The position numbers were made by a program, and so were the translations under genes. From a virus (lineage: Duplodnaviria; Caudoviricetes), in IMG/VR virus record IMGVR_UViG_3300017911_001697, positions 1 to 64,000 of that record: a stretch of DNA of 64,000 bases. The stretch is one strand, 5' to 3'. Shown here piece by piece: positions 20,901 through 28,980 of the stretch. The notes beneath the pieces are model-generated. The model searched no databases, was not told the origin of the DNA, and worked only from the letters and a program-made list of their open reading frames with translations. Position 1 is the stretch's first letter. Each line of letters begins with the position of its first letter.

Positions 20901-23900
20901 TATCAATATTAGATGCTTGATATGTATTGCCAAATAGTATTTGTTCATCAGGTGTAATGTTTGATGTTGCAAACCCTACGGTTGTGTTTACATTCACACT
21001 TAGGTTATCAACTGTGGTATAAATCTTGACTGTGTTGTTGCTGATTCTTTCTGCAAATCCACTAGCAAAACCACTAATACCAGGATTGATATCTGTAATT
21101 GCTTTGACTGTTCTAGGGCCAATTGACGAAACATACTTTTCAGTCATTGCCACAGGAGTAATATTGCTCAGCCTAACCGACTTGTTGTTTACAACTTCTT
21201 CATTTACCCAGACAACAAATTTATCACTGGTATCCACGTCTTTGATTGCAATATGGTAATCTAAGAATCTTCCTAAGTCTATGTTGCCAATCTGATTGCT
21301 GTCAGTATAATTAAACAGTGACACATTGCTATACAAGTATGCTGTTTCGTCATCTCCTTCACGCTCAACAAAACTGATGTCTGTGTTCGCTTCTTTGAAT
21401 TTATACACATTCCAATGTCTGTTTTCGCTTATTGCAACATGGACTGTGCTGTTAGCATCTGGCTGTATCAACAAACTACTATTAAATAAATCGCCAATGC
21501 TAGGCACATCAAATGCACTAAAGTCTACATTAGAACTGTTTACATAACCAGCATTAGGAATTTTTGTGAATCTGCTGTCATTTATACCTGTGTAATCAAC
21601 ATTAGCAGTGGTTGGCCACAGGTTGTTTTCCCTAACGCCAATTGGCTTTTTGAGGAATCTCTCAGTGTCGTCAATGTCTATCAGTATCACATCATCGGTT
21701 TTAACATCTGGTGTGATTTCATATATTCTTTTTGTTTTTGTGAGTATTGCAATATCATCGCTGGTGGTTGTTTTAATATTTAAACTAGCACCAGGAACAT
21801 CACCAAAGTACGCATCTTCAAAGTCAATTGTAGGTGACTCCACAAGATAAATGTTTGCACCTGCTGCTAATCTATTGCCTGGTAATGTTTCAACATTGTG
21901 AATTGTTAACTGACTTGTGGTCAATGTATACCTGATATCTCCCACAGTATTAATTAATTCAACTCCATCCACAAACACATTAGCATGAGGATATGTAATA
22001 TCGTTTTGTTTGACAATGTTGTTGGCATCCAGTGTTTGCGATAGAGGAATGTTTACATTTCCTGAATTAACAAAATCATTGTCGAAGTCTATTGCACCAC
22101 TTGTACTGATGTTAAAATCAAACTGCTGTCTGGAGCCTGCATCGTAAATCCAATTGTTGCCGTTATCAGATGACACAGTTGAACCTGCTACTGTGACAAT
22201 TATATCATCAACAGTGGTTGCTCCTGTCCCTAATGTTGGGTGATTGTCAACGGCAGAAATACTGTATCTCTGATGCGGCTGATATCTATTAGGAGTTAAG
22301 TTTAACGTTGACAGAGTTGCTCCATTTTCACTTAATGTGAAATCGTTACCTGAAATACTTAACACATGTTGCTGTATAACATTACCGCCTTCTAGCACAT
22401 TACTTGTAATGCTTGATGCAGTAATACTTGAATTGATTGTTGCATTACTGTTAATTGCTGTAACAACATTAGCCACACTGGTCACACTGCTTAAATCTAA
22501 ACTAACACTTACATTAGAACCATTCACTGTACTTGTGATGTCTAACAAACTCAATGTGCCTGTTACATCTGCATCCGTAATTGCATCTGTGCTGACCGCT
22601 ATAGGTTTATTAAATGTTGTACTAATATTTGAAATATTTAATTCTGCTGCAATAACCTGTAATCTAACTGGTTGTTTGTATCCTGAGCCTGCATTAGTTA
22701 TGCTCACTGATTTTAACACACCGTTGGCTTCTAATTGTGCAACCGCGGTTGCTTGTTCTGCAGGTGTGCCAGTAGGCGCTGCTATTTCAATACGAGGTAC
22801 TCTGTGATACTTGTGTTTGGCCTTTATAATTTTAACACGATCAAGCACACCTGTGGTATCTTCTGGGAACGCCAATGTGATCAACTGTGGATCATTTGTT
22901 ATCTCACTCTTTTGTAATTTTAACTCAATTGCTTGATCATTTTCTAAATCACCAAAGTCGCCTGCTTTAATAGCCCATTCATCGTATACAGTCATTTCGC
23001 CTTGTACAATGTTTGTGCTCTTTGCTATTCTGCTTAAACTTGCTACAGTTCCTTTATTCTGTAACATGCCTTTGTAGAATTCAAATTGATCATCATCTTC
23101 TACTTCAAGTACATTTAGATATTCTTTTTCTTGATACCCAAACAGACCCCTGGCTTGTTCGTATATTTGTTTTTCTACAGGTATAAAGCCTAGTTCGTGA
23201 TAACGCCCTAAACTCTGTGCCATATTGTCTAAGTTAGGTTTTAGTTCGTCATTCTGAATGATAAAACCTTCGGTACTGAATAATCCGCTCCAATTTGCAG
23301 TACGTTTGCCTTTAACTTTTAATCTAGGCTGTGCATGGCCGTGCACAGGATCAAATAATACGTCATTGAAGTTGGTTACGTTGTCAAACACTAACGCATG
23401 TTCAATTTCTTTAGTATACAATATTGTGCTATAAATCTGTGAACCTTCTGGAGGAACAATTTCGATTGTGTTACCTTCTCTGACTATTTCACATAACTTA
23501 GGTTCAATTGCTTTTCCGTCTTGATCAATTAATGAAAATTGATTTTTATCTGTTCTATTAATAGCAGCTATCATTCCGGTGCTGCTATTGAATACTAATC
23601 TATTTGCACAAGGACTGAGCTCTAGTGTGTTGTTATTTTCCCAGCCCCCGGATACCCAGAACAAGAATTGGCGTACAACATAATTCCAATTTCTAACATC
23701 ATTGATGCTTGAATCAAAATTACCAAAATCAAAACCAAGACTTTCTTGGTATGCTCCTAGGCCAACAATAACATCAACTACTTCCTGATAAGTTTTGTAT
23801 TCTGTTTGATAATCAATTCTGTCCACATAAGGTAAACTGTCCAAGAACAATGTTGCTTTGACACTGCCTGTTTGTGGTAAACTTGGCAGTCTATTCCATA

Positions 23901-26900
23901 AACTGGACATAAAAGTCTGACTGCTAGGCACCAACGTAGGAGCTCTGTAGTAACCGTTATTGTAACTTACAATAGTTTCTTTTGGATAACTTTTACCTGG
24001 TTCCCAAATTTGATAGTCTACAGCATTGCCGCCGACTTCAACACTGGATGTCTGGCCTTTGTAATTTCTGCGTAACACTTCAAAATAACCAAAGTTTTTA
24101 TCATATCCTTTGATTTTATAACCGTTAGCAGTTTTTTGTATGTGCATGCCAGAATACGAATTTCTATTTTTGTAAGGCGAACTGTGTACTACAACATCAA
24201 CATTTTCGTTTGGTATTACCAAACTCTGAGATGTTGTGGTAAGACTAGTTTGATCTGCCCTCACTGACAAAGTATCTTTATCAGTAAAGCCTGCTAGTCT
24301 GTGTGCTAATTTTATGTTAACTTTTCTCAGTTTTTCAGCATAGTCTGTTGTGGTATTTAAATCCTGATATGTTAACCAACTGTGAACAAACTGTGTGTAT
24401 CCTGAATTGATCACAGTGTTGCCGGTGTTGTCAACTGCACCGTGTATACAGAAATGATCTTGATCTACAAAGTCAAATGGTGTTCTGGTTGTGCTGTTAA
24501 TGATCTTTGTTTTATCTAACAACGGCGATGTGATTCTAGTAGGATCAGAAAATTGTGTAACAAACTTACCAGGACGTGATAACAGTAATGCTTCTACAAC
24601 AGCAAACGGATAAGCAACACTGTATTTCCATGCATTCTCTACAGGTGCTCCGTCCCCGAATCTCCAAACACTGTTGGCCAAGTCAGTATCATTATTTGGG
24701 GCAACTGTTAGGTTACTTGATATAGCAACTAACGATCCTTCTTCGGTAATCGAGCCTGTGTTGTTTTTGGTTGGTTCAACTGGTTCTGTCCAGTACTTTC
24801 CTTGATATGTATTATCGCTTGATCCAACTGTGCCGCCAATTGCAAACGGGAACATTGGATCTCCGTCATTGTCAATCGTAGCAACATAGAACCAAATTGG
24901 AGTTGTAGGACTGTCAGGCGTTATACCGTAACGCAAATTGTATTTGCCTAGTTCGCCTGAATTGGGTGTGCCAACTTCGCCTGCATAAGTTGAAGCATTA
25001 GCAGGATTATAAGTGTAGTCTTGAATAAATTCGCCAGTGTGATCACCGCCTGGTCCAGAAGATCTATTATTTTCTTTTAGTTTAAATCCACTCTGAATGT
25101 TTGTGATATCATTGTTTACTACTTGGCCGTTAGCAGCATATTCTGTGTAACCATAAGGCCCGTATATTGGTAGTCCATCAAAACTCCAACCTACCACAGG
25201 CGAATGATTATCAGTGTCCCATTCTGTCAAACCAGCATGCTCTGGTTCAATAAAATAAGTTCCGTTTGCTGGTGCATCGCCCCTATAGGTATTTGTGTAG
25301 TTCCAATCACCTTCGTTGTTCCATGATTCTGCACTTCCTGGATTTAAAATAGGTGTGCCTGTTACTGTTATACCTATTGCATTACTGGAAATTGCAGTTG
25401 GCGTTTGAACAATAATGTTTGCTGCCTGGGTCAAATTATCAAATGTGTAGTTATACAATTGATATTTGGTATTTTCAATTTTATCTTCCACAAAAATATA
25501 AGGCGTTTCAAAGCCGTCTAATCCTTCTGCAAATCCACTACCTTGTATGCTAGGACTAATTGTACCATCGTAATCCCAGAATGTGCCTGCTTGCGGTGCT
25601 GCATTAGCATCAAACAAAACTCTCAGTGCAGCAGAACTACCATATGTAACATTAATGCCATTTGGCAAATTGCTTTGTCCAGTGCTGTCATAAAAAGTGT
25701 CTGAGACTGTTTGATTAGCAAGACGCCTGTTATTCCATATTTCTTCTCTGGTAGTTGTACCTGTGCTAGTAATTTGACCCGGACTTAACAGTTCTGCATC
25801 TGCATTTACAGGAATAAAGTCTGAAAGTCCTACACGGCGCCAATTGTTATCATTCTTGTAAGCACCAGTAGTAAAGTTTTCTCGGGAACCTTGTCTAATA
25901 ATACCTTCCTCAAGGTCTTCCCACATGCTGAAATTTTTGCTACCGTATGAAGTGCCATACTGTGTTTCCCACCAACTTGGTTTTTCAATAAAGCCAAGCA
26001 TCTCCCACGGATGGGTATGTGGTCTAACAGTGTCGTAGTAATATTCGTACCAGCCTCTCCAGTGTCCTGGTAAATCTAATTTACCTCTGTAATTCCAAGT
26101 CCATGTATTTGTTGCATCAAAATGCTCGTTTGTTACATGATCAACTTTGTTAATTTTTGCCCAGTCATTAAAACTGTTTCTCAACAAATCAGTGTATTCA
26201 CGTGGTGCAAAATTGTTGCTTCTAAATTTACCTGCCCTAACGTCACCAACGTTTAATGCTGGTAAACTGTTTGCATCTCTGAACTTACTCAAAGAAGTAT
26301 TATATATTCTTGTTTCAAATTCTAATAGTATATCATCAACAATGGTGTTTGTTAATGTTGTCTTACTGCCGTCGTGTCCAACTAACAGTTTAATAGGTGT
26401 TTGAAAACTATTGTCCGTTTCTATACGTGGAATGTATAATGGATAAATGCCCATTGTACTTGGGGTAGGCGGACATTCGGCACTGTCTCGCTCCTCGTTA
26501 TATAACTTTGTGATAATAGAATCGCCAAGTTTTACAGTGGCTGACACATCTACTGTGATTGGGTTTGCAGATGATATTGTATAGTCTTCATCATTTGTAA
26601 GTAACTCTTGTTTTCCATTTTCAGGATCAAACTTGTAGACTAACAAACTGTTTTGCAGTGTTTCTAAATCTTCGTAGTTGCTTAGTGTATACGAAGTGTT
26701 AGATAAATCACTAACGTCAAACGTTTCTTCAATATAATTATCGCCGAATGGCAAAATAAATGTGCTACCAAAAACATTTTTACCAACACTGAAAGAGATC
26801 AAATTTCTCAGTACTTTTTCTAAAATGTATTCATTTGTTAAATTTTCTACAGGGAAAGAATTATAGTAATTTTGTATTTCCTTAACTAAACGTGATCTGT

Positions 26901-28971
26901 ACTTTCCATACTCCTTAGCAGAAAAACGTAAACTTTCAATCAAGTTGTGTGGCTGATCATCAAGCAAAAACGCAGCTAAGATTATATCTTGCTCTGTCTG
27001 CACAATGTTTTTTGCATGTGTGACGTCTTTTGCTGTACTTGAGAAATTGTTAGACGCCAATACATCACCAGTAAAGCCTTCTTGTTTTTCAATAAATCTT
27101 TTGAAGTGTGACAAGTATTGCGGTTCTGCAACAAGTTCAATTTCACTGTTGAAAGGATTAGTTTTCCAACTCAATGGTATTTCATATCTACTGTCAGATA
27201 TTTTTTCAATGCCGCTGTCACTGGCAACTTCAACATCTATGATGTCGCCTTTGCTAAAATCAAACTCATTAAATTTAATACTTGACGGTGACTGGTAAAC
27301 ATAATTGGTTACAATAGCACCATTCACCTTGACCAGTATGTCATATCCACTTGATGTAATAGTTGATGCATTTGGAGTTGCACCAATATTGTACACTATC
27401 TTTTCTTCATCAACATCTTGTCTTGTTACATAATGAGTGGTAATGATTTTTTGTTCATTTTTATCATCACTTAATTTCCAGTAAGAATGGTACTCAGGTG
27501 TATCTTTTAACAACTTGTAATAGTAACTTCCTAGAACAGTGTTCTTAGTTGAACTACCAAAGTTTTGGTACTGGACTCTATCTGTTTGAATAAAGTTTTC
27601 AAATGTTATTTCACTTACTGCTTTGTAAGGAGTATAAGATAGAGGAAAACCCAGCTCAGTGTCTGGTTTACCTGTGCCGATCTTGTATCCAAATATTTTG
27701 TTACCAACAAAGTCACTGTTGTTGTACAATCCAGTGTTGTTTAACTTGTTGCCTGCATCATCATATAGATTAAACAGTGGTGGCTGATTTACTTGAACTT
27801 TTTTCTGAGCTTGTGTAAAAATTGTACCGTTGTACAAATAATCAGCACCTTCGTACACATTACCTTTGGCAATTACAACAGTTTGATTTGCTTTGATTGC
27901 AGTTGAACTTGTTGCTGTGAGCACAATAGAACTGGTTGCTCCGGATACTTTGTAGAGATATACTTTGTTTGCTTCAGATTCATTAGGGAAGAACAGCACA
28001 TCACCGTCCTGCACAACTCTAGTATCAATTGTTAAGTTTGCTTGACCTTCTACTTCTGCTTTGCTTAATGCAACAACTGCAACAGTTGCTACATCATAAT
28101 TTGTATCACCATGATTATAAATCTCTAAGTCTTTGTTGAATTCAAGTATCGGACGCATGCTGCGATACTTTCTATCTGGTAAACTGTCATCAGCATCAAG
28201 GAAGTTGTTTCTATGATACCAATGGTTAACACGACTCCATGCATTTTTATTTTGTGAGCCACGCTCTATAGTAATATAATCTTTATTGTCGGCTTTGCTT
28301 CCTCCATAAAGTGTTGCTGAACTCAGTGATTTCTCAACAAGATAGATACTTTCACCAACACCGCCAACAATGTACTCTGTGCCTGCACGATGCTCTGCTG
28401 TTGTTGCAGTGCTGGCAGGAATCACATTGTTGTTATCTGCGAACTGAACAATCATGCCGTTACGCAGTGTAACATTACCATACGAGTATGATTTTTTACC
28501 TACAACATCTTTGTCTATGTTTATGTAAGTTGTAGGTGTTATGGTTATTGTGCTTGGACCATCTGGGTACCAGTAATACTCCTGATAGTTAACAAACTTG
28601 TCAATGTCAATTGGAGGCATGAAAGTTCTATAGCGGCTACCAAATATCTTGTTGTGATTTTTAGTATCTACGCCATACACGTTTAAGATGTCTATGAACT
28701 CATCATAAAACATCAAGTTTTCACTTTCACCAGTTATAGTATTTAAATTGTTAATAGCAGGTGTTAAATTATAAATGCGTCTGTCTGCAGTGTCTTCTGC
28801 AACAAATGCACCTTGTACTTTTTTGTCTTCACCAGTCTGTTTGCCAATAAAACCACTTATAGGAGTGATATTGGCTTCGCTGTATAACTGCTCTACTGTG
28901 GCTTCAAAAAAGTTTTTGATTGCCTTTGTTTGCAGTACTACGGGTAACTGATTAAAAATTTTATCTGCCAT
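11989..28971 (-). CDS. giant (5660 aa) baseplate wedge-type structural protein with YHYH-like, Hint and Ig/cadherin-like insertions
   Basis: Uninterrupted 17-kb ORF downstream of the gp6-like gene; Trp-rich baseplate-type segments; internal domains listed separately. Confidence 0.75.
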   Translation of the reverse strand: MADKIFNQLPVVLQTKAIKNFFEATVEQLYSEANITPISGFIGKQTGEDKKVQGAFVAEDTADRRIYNLTPAINNLNTITGESENLMFYDEFIDILNVYGVDTKNHNKIFGSRYRTFMPPIDIDKFVNYQEYYWYPDGPSTITITPTTYINIDKDVVGKKSYSYGNVTLRNGMIVQFADNNNVIPASTATTAEHRAGTEYIVGGVGESIYLVEKSLSSATLYGGSKADNKDYITIERGSQNKNAWSRVNHWYHRNNFLDADDSLPDRKYRSMRPILEFNKDLEIYNHGDTNYDVATVAVVALSKAEVEGQANLTIDTRVVQDGDVLFFPNESEANKVYLYKVSGATSSIVLTATSSTAIKANQTVVIAKGNVYEGADYLYNGTIFTQAQKKVQVNQPPLFNLYDDAGNKLNNTGLYNNSDFVGNKIFGYKIGTGKPDTELGFPLSYTPYKAVSEITFENFIQTDRVQYQNFGSSTKNTVLGSYYYKLLKDTPEYHSYWKLSDDKNEQKIITTHYVTRQDVDEEKIVYNIGATPNASTITSSGYDILVKVNGAIVTNYVYQSPSSIKFNEFDFSKGDIIDVEVASDSGIEKISDSRYEIPLSWKTNPFNSEIELVAEPQYLSHFKRFIEKQEGFTGDVLASNNFSSTAKDVTHAKNIVQTEQDIILAAFLLDDQPHNLIESLRFSAKEYGKYRSRLVKEIQNYYNSFPVENLTNEYILEKVLRNLISFSVGKNVFGSTFILPFGDNYIEETFDVSDLSNTSYTLSNYEDLETLQNSLLVYKFDPENGKQELLTNDEDYTISSANPITVDVSATVKLGDSIITKLYNEERDSAECPPTPSTMGIYPLYIPRIETDNSFQTPIKLLVGHDGSKTTLTNTIVDDILLEFETRIYNTSLSKFRDANSLPALNVGDVRAGKFRSNNFAPREYTDLLRNSFNDWAKINKVDHVTNEHFDATNTWTWNYRGKLDLPGHWRGWYEYYYDTVRPHTHPWEMLGFIEKPSWWETQYGTSYGSKNFSMWEDLEEGIIRQGSRENFTTGAYKNDNNWRRVGLSDFIPVNADAELLSPGQITSTGTTTREEIWNNRRLANQTVSDTFYDSTGQSNLPNGINVTYGSSAALRVLFDANAAPQAGTFWDYDGTISPSIQGSGFAEGLDGFETPYIFVEDKIENTKYQLYNYTFDNLTQAANIIVQTPTAISSNAIGITVTGTPILNPGSAESWNNEGDWNYTNTYRGDAPANGTYFIEPEHAGLTEWDTDNHSPVVGWSFDGLPIYGPYGYTEYAANGQVVNNDITNIQSGFKLKENNRSSGPGGDHTGEFIQDYTYNPANASTYAGEVGTPNSGELGKYNLRYGITPDSPTTPIWFYVATIDNDGDPMFPFAIGGTVGSSDNTYQGKYWTEPVEPTKNNTGSITEEGSLVAISSNLTVAPNNDTDLANSVWRFGDGAPVENAWKYSVAYPFAVVEALLLSRPGKFVTQFSDPTRITSPLLDKTKIINSTTRTPFDFVDQDHFCIHGAVDNTGNTVINSGYTQFVHSWLTYQDLNTTTDYAEKLRKVNIKLAHRLAGFTDKDTLSVRADQTSLTTTSQSLVIPNENVDVVVHSSPYKNRNSYSGMHIQKTANGYKIKGYDKNFGYFEVLRRNYKGQTSSVEVGGNAVDYQIWEPGKSYPKETIVSYNNGYYRAPTLVPSSQTFMSSLWNRLPSLPQTGSVKATLFLDSLPYVDRIDYQTEYKTYQEVVDVIVGLGAYQESLGFDFGNFDSSINDVRNWNYVVRQFLFWVSGGWENNNTLELSPCANRLVFNSSTGMIAAINRTDKNQFSLIDQDGKAIEPKLCEIVREGNTIEIVPPEGSQIYSTILYTKEIEHALVFDNVTNFNDVLFDPVHGHAQPRLKVKGKRTANWSGLFSTEGFIIQNDELKPNLDNMAQSLGRYHELGFIPVEKQIYEQARGLFGYQEKEYLNVLEVEDDDQFEFYKGMLQNKGTVASLSRIAKSTNIVQGEMTVYDEWAIKAGDFGDLENDQAIELKLQKSEITNDPQLITLAFPEDTTGVLDRVKIIKAKHKYHRVPRIEIAAPTGTPAEQATAVAQLEANGVLKSVSITNAGSGYKQPVRLQVIAAELNISNISTTFNKPIAVSTDAITDADVTGTLSLLDITSTVNGSNVSVSLDLSSVTSVANVVTAINSNATINSSITASSITSNVLEGGNVIQQHVLSISGNDFTLSENGATLSTLNLTPNRYQPHQRYSISAVDNHPTLGTGATTVDDIIVTVAGSTVSSDNGNNWIYDAGSRQQFDFNISTSGAIDFDNDFVNSGNVNIPLSQTLDANNIVKQNDITYPHANVFVDGVELINTVGDIRYTLTTSQLTIHNVETLPGNRLAAGANIYLVESPTIDFEDAYFGDVPGASLNIKTTTSDDIAILTKTKRIYEITPDVKTDDVILIDIDDTERFLKKPIGVRENNLWPTTANVDYTGINDSRFTKIPNAGYVNSSNVDFSAFDVPSIGDLFNSSLLIQPDANSTVHVAISENRHWNVYKFKEANTDISFVEREGDDETAYLYSNVSLFNYTDSNQIGNIDLGRFLDYHIAIKDVDTSDKFVVWVNEEVVNNKSVRLSNITPVAMTEKYVSSIGPRTVKAITDINPGISGFASGFAERISNNTVKIYTTVDNLSVNVNTTVGFATSNITPDEQILFGNTYQASNIDIANSTFTINETLSGNVEPANMTVRFFNRTQITSDGHGFLGGQTVKIVAGPYSGQWPVESASANTFCIQAPYIASGPTTGNIVTPYITITTSEPHGIKIDYKNKKIAIHNSKEKFYNRVYRVDKIPSANTIVVAGAYPFNDQTINMDANTTVMNTLDHDVISLNNSNIKIDNITSLDGMIEALNRGFALRRGWIKAPGSFTMGIPMLKNPLHNSATGGMLGQTRGSSPYVNNFAGISTTNLVQTGNLPVGSPGSQLKGFNKTSTGQSKISQKAQRGTLSSGASVTPMSTKLNTSYFNPSTSVGGYSTATSGAGNNFTNPGTRGKTAASSLGTNNTFINSTFGGTVKPTASGASQTFLNLLGTIQTITNPPVTTSCPAPEMPIKISQDGKTKPAGNLQVGDKVFTAHEHTGEFGLYDVEYVEIKQEQRTKVTFDDGFEFIGSLTHKFKVNENWVEVQDLKVGDDVQGHSVVSIEDDEAAGDIVVITVTDAHTYIVGELLSHNKSVQQPVPGSGSGIPTLTFPTPSGYATNNTGAVVVNPYVVHTPPTQGCGTLVIPPPPPPPNLPPEAIVDQYFTAFETQFTGNVLDNDSDPEGDSLTVTLNRPPEHHAGTFNLASNGSFTYIPETGYEGGDTFTYDIADSEGNIDTDVLVVIEVGQQPYVPPPTVTVYEKCEYQEQSTTTNGVDDAWYYQIDAVDGAIKLIIDMDAATDSLSVYQYSGTNIAGKQRVAWTGGLLRNATAQEKQDLFDSRGLNPITTTNTNIYPNINWNLPGNVNPNQFPKDYIRDNGVPGGIKYCGVLEFNFDHTKGRNLVVEVDKRSSVYRYMICYPTLTDTGRAIGTAQSNPNPGQLNTGVSNGTTNPNTSSVATTPIINPTGLPTTKLKVASPILPTGPYAGGGGSFRFNVAGLNYSHNFGGFSLAPMAGFTHMPSIFKKTVKTVNPQNVGRLQPLGDNRYVNVTQQRASGGRVIPLAAPIAPPIPIARRAIKGVDIALYPGSDKFGNSSFWGNDLIDEKLLKIASSNYDIQTISVPGFDGSTGTDNVLRTRSSTFIPGTDGSGDGSDSSVVTFTTIPAGDPTIIPGGLVYDSTTLRGLTTQFSDTLTPSETIPSEDAPLDPDIQYTEVPLMTVTPTRKRPAGGGYVYEPAGPTAVAPIYRPTPSITLTENDMIGLTPGDQVIVNTQTITIKGTPAATLKEFECSGGFGYTAIPSYSGNQNAVTISACGSVPLTFRDGCRGGTYKEVLDFHIVKNFSLTDSTQDQYAINGNTYTVSNQLPNEVTTQSTSTTTGTHVAGLTTASVNTTTTTNGNSTTAANTQTASQMVGQDRVPEIRASVNHTGGKGYRVGDRLRVVGGTPVSSPFGSITELCIEIEGMYYSDAANVHVFIGDGTTPGSECEAGKPEIDILGRIKSIPILRSGRGYDPAKPPKVRIIDSGPGYTHPDTGVAYAKIPCKVRPIIKTETMSPSGNMVETAGMPERPAKFVVTAVDPEGTIQSLKVIDRGIYKEFPADLATGVPLEYDGINLGDEHAGEMPPKFSSGLGQYHPVTYERLGSPGNWDPIVGKYGTLSGHGSAGFGARIFLTAREIPDCSERGDVRNKLGIPDQVIEVPTVQHLADALNNALQNAGYDPTDINFDVQPINEDLDELILNAPSYDGVKFDELTPGFLDKLGVPPGDYNPDQTPMSAVDGTPTNDKNLDTDGVIDLIDGTDDNFGRSETPFIPGTPGTLGQDSEYGSDETGYELPEEVLVLYGVDNNGFKSDDSSILGNANVTYVGDLFQYELRNLNGEPVNTSISSTDCRVLYLESQRYHKEEDIASSSTAFPDASIPATKEEFEQVWIDDVDGKWKYYENGNLKRSQIDLVDPKYIKNTILYDSTTGEKDFDYNMWDPFKGIFPAFVDAEIDYFGEHDPVVYTRRRAVFGKEQVGQVWWNTSTVRYNWYEQGTNKERWLNWGSTFPGSGITVYEWVESKQQPFEYSGTGTPKNASEFIVERNIDPSTGQYETYYYYWVQNVREISTLAATQAGRKFSTFDIAKYLADPIGQGINTVSFISAGTQTSKNIASFVMSNLTKTLREDEQNIQINLSRNLNPIGLKHASWKLMREGDNNSDVPEDLANKLIDSLTEIDSEGNAVPASNLSEVERYGIKFRPRQTMFKDAKEARRALHYIVNELLADLKLNTLNTTWQNSMSSMKYIDTVNWYAVQRTDQVTNEKIRYDKTFKAAFTVSSVKQLDSLANVADGTVVMVRASQSDRYQLWRYCCREEGFVQIAIQNETVKLSNKIYTQDIDSTMQSELREFLYVLKDNIFLGTENFNKVFFELMNYALGEQRELDWAFKTSYVYVEKEEEDLVQRVGYKPDNFDSVVEYFNEVKPFTAKIREYKDGKRAPIEYINEQMVSDYDLPPYADSSLGEVRTMDFGFAPDREIMSKNSDYTKAYSGYSGTQTQWDTANVPVRTGNISLIFDRTDWRLLESDFNAASTSYSVSIADNIANINSANNDTIANVASNTYSASARIFKFDPQVRTVFDKEINDYFGEGSSSNTSIVENSTQMRTAVAAGALNGTLLLVKEKVGGTWQGEELDANVFTRVVQGRDSLELQTAYGYDTTPFDAPEGFGDMWDDFVSVDNFEGIFSGNSTYREAGVTYDGFDGWSFNHLLYGEERPEELVYLSPLENLVMSVKTSPNAFDANNNIVDSISVGPYDADSVSNSVSGTVTISSTLASPLLDNGDTVTLSDVGNTIIEGSYTISNVTATTFTIPLSGVDANVVNNAGTVSITSGVSAVAVEYLVHQDLYGATEYLRILADGSTSTTTASFVNAWDTEIEVVDASKLPTPQPGIPGAAWIDGSERIEYNRISGNTLKGVVRGTRGTTIPNGPVFEYTGNVATQGNTYLGHNTGVTVVGAGRKDIFNQPENKGGSAGYEDRDPDTAVWLKSDGTTLSLTDKTNRSTVTTIGAFLHGDLVSSIGFDSVAWDSIGWDSI
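18943..19221 (-). other. Ig-like/cadherin-like (Big_9/tandem-95-type) domain within the giant protein
   Basis: NLPPEAIVDQY...GNVLDNDSDPEGDSLTV...G.F...SNGSFTYIP..GYEGGDTFTYDIAD. Confidence 0.75.
19402..19782 (-). other. Hint (intein-like) autoprocessing domain, residues 3064-3190 of the giant protein
   Basis: Starts with Cys (S-CPAPEMPI), LQVGDKV, block-B-like SLTHKF, DLKVGD, block F/G VITVTDAHTYIVGELLSHN; 127 aa, no endonuclease. Confidence 0.85.
24831..25380 (-). other. degenerate YHYH-type domain within the giant protein
   Basis: AIGITVTGTPILNP, HSPVVGWSFDGLPIYGPYGY, G.FIQDY.Y, YGITPDSP, PMFPFAIG; the YHYH position reads YFIE. Confidence 0.6.
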
Positions 28972-28980
28972 TACTGTTGT

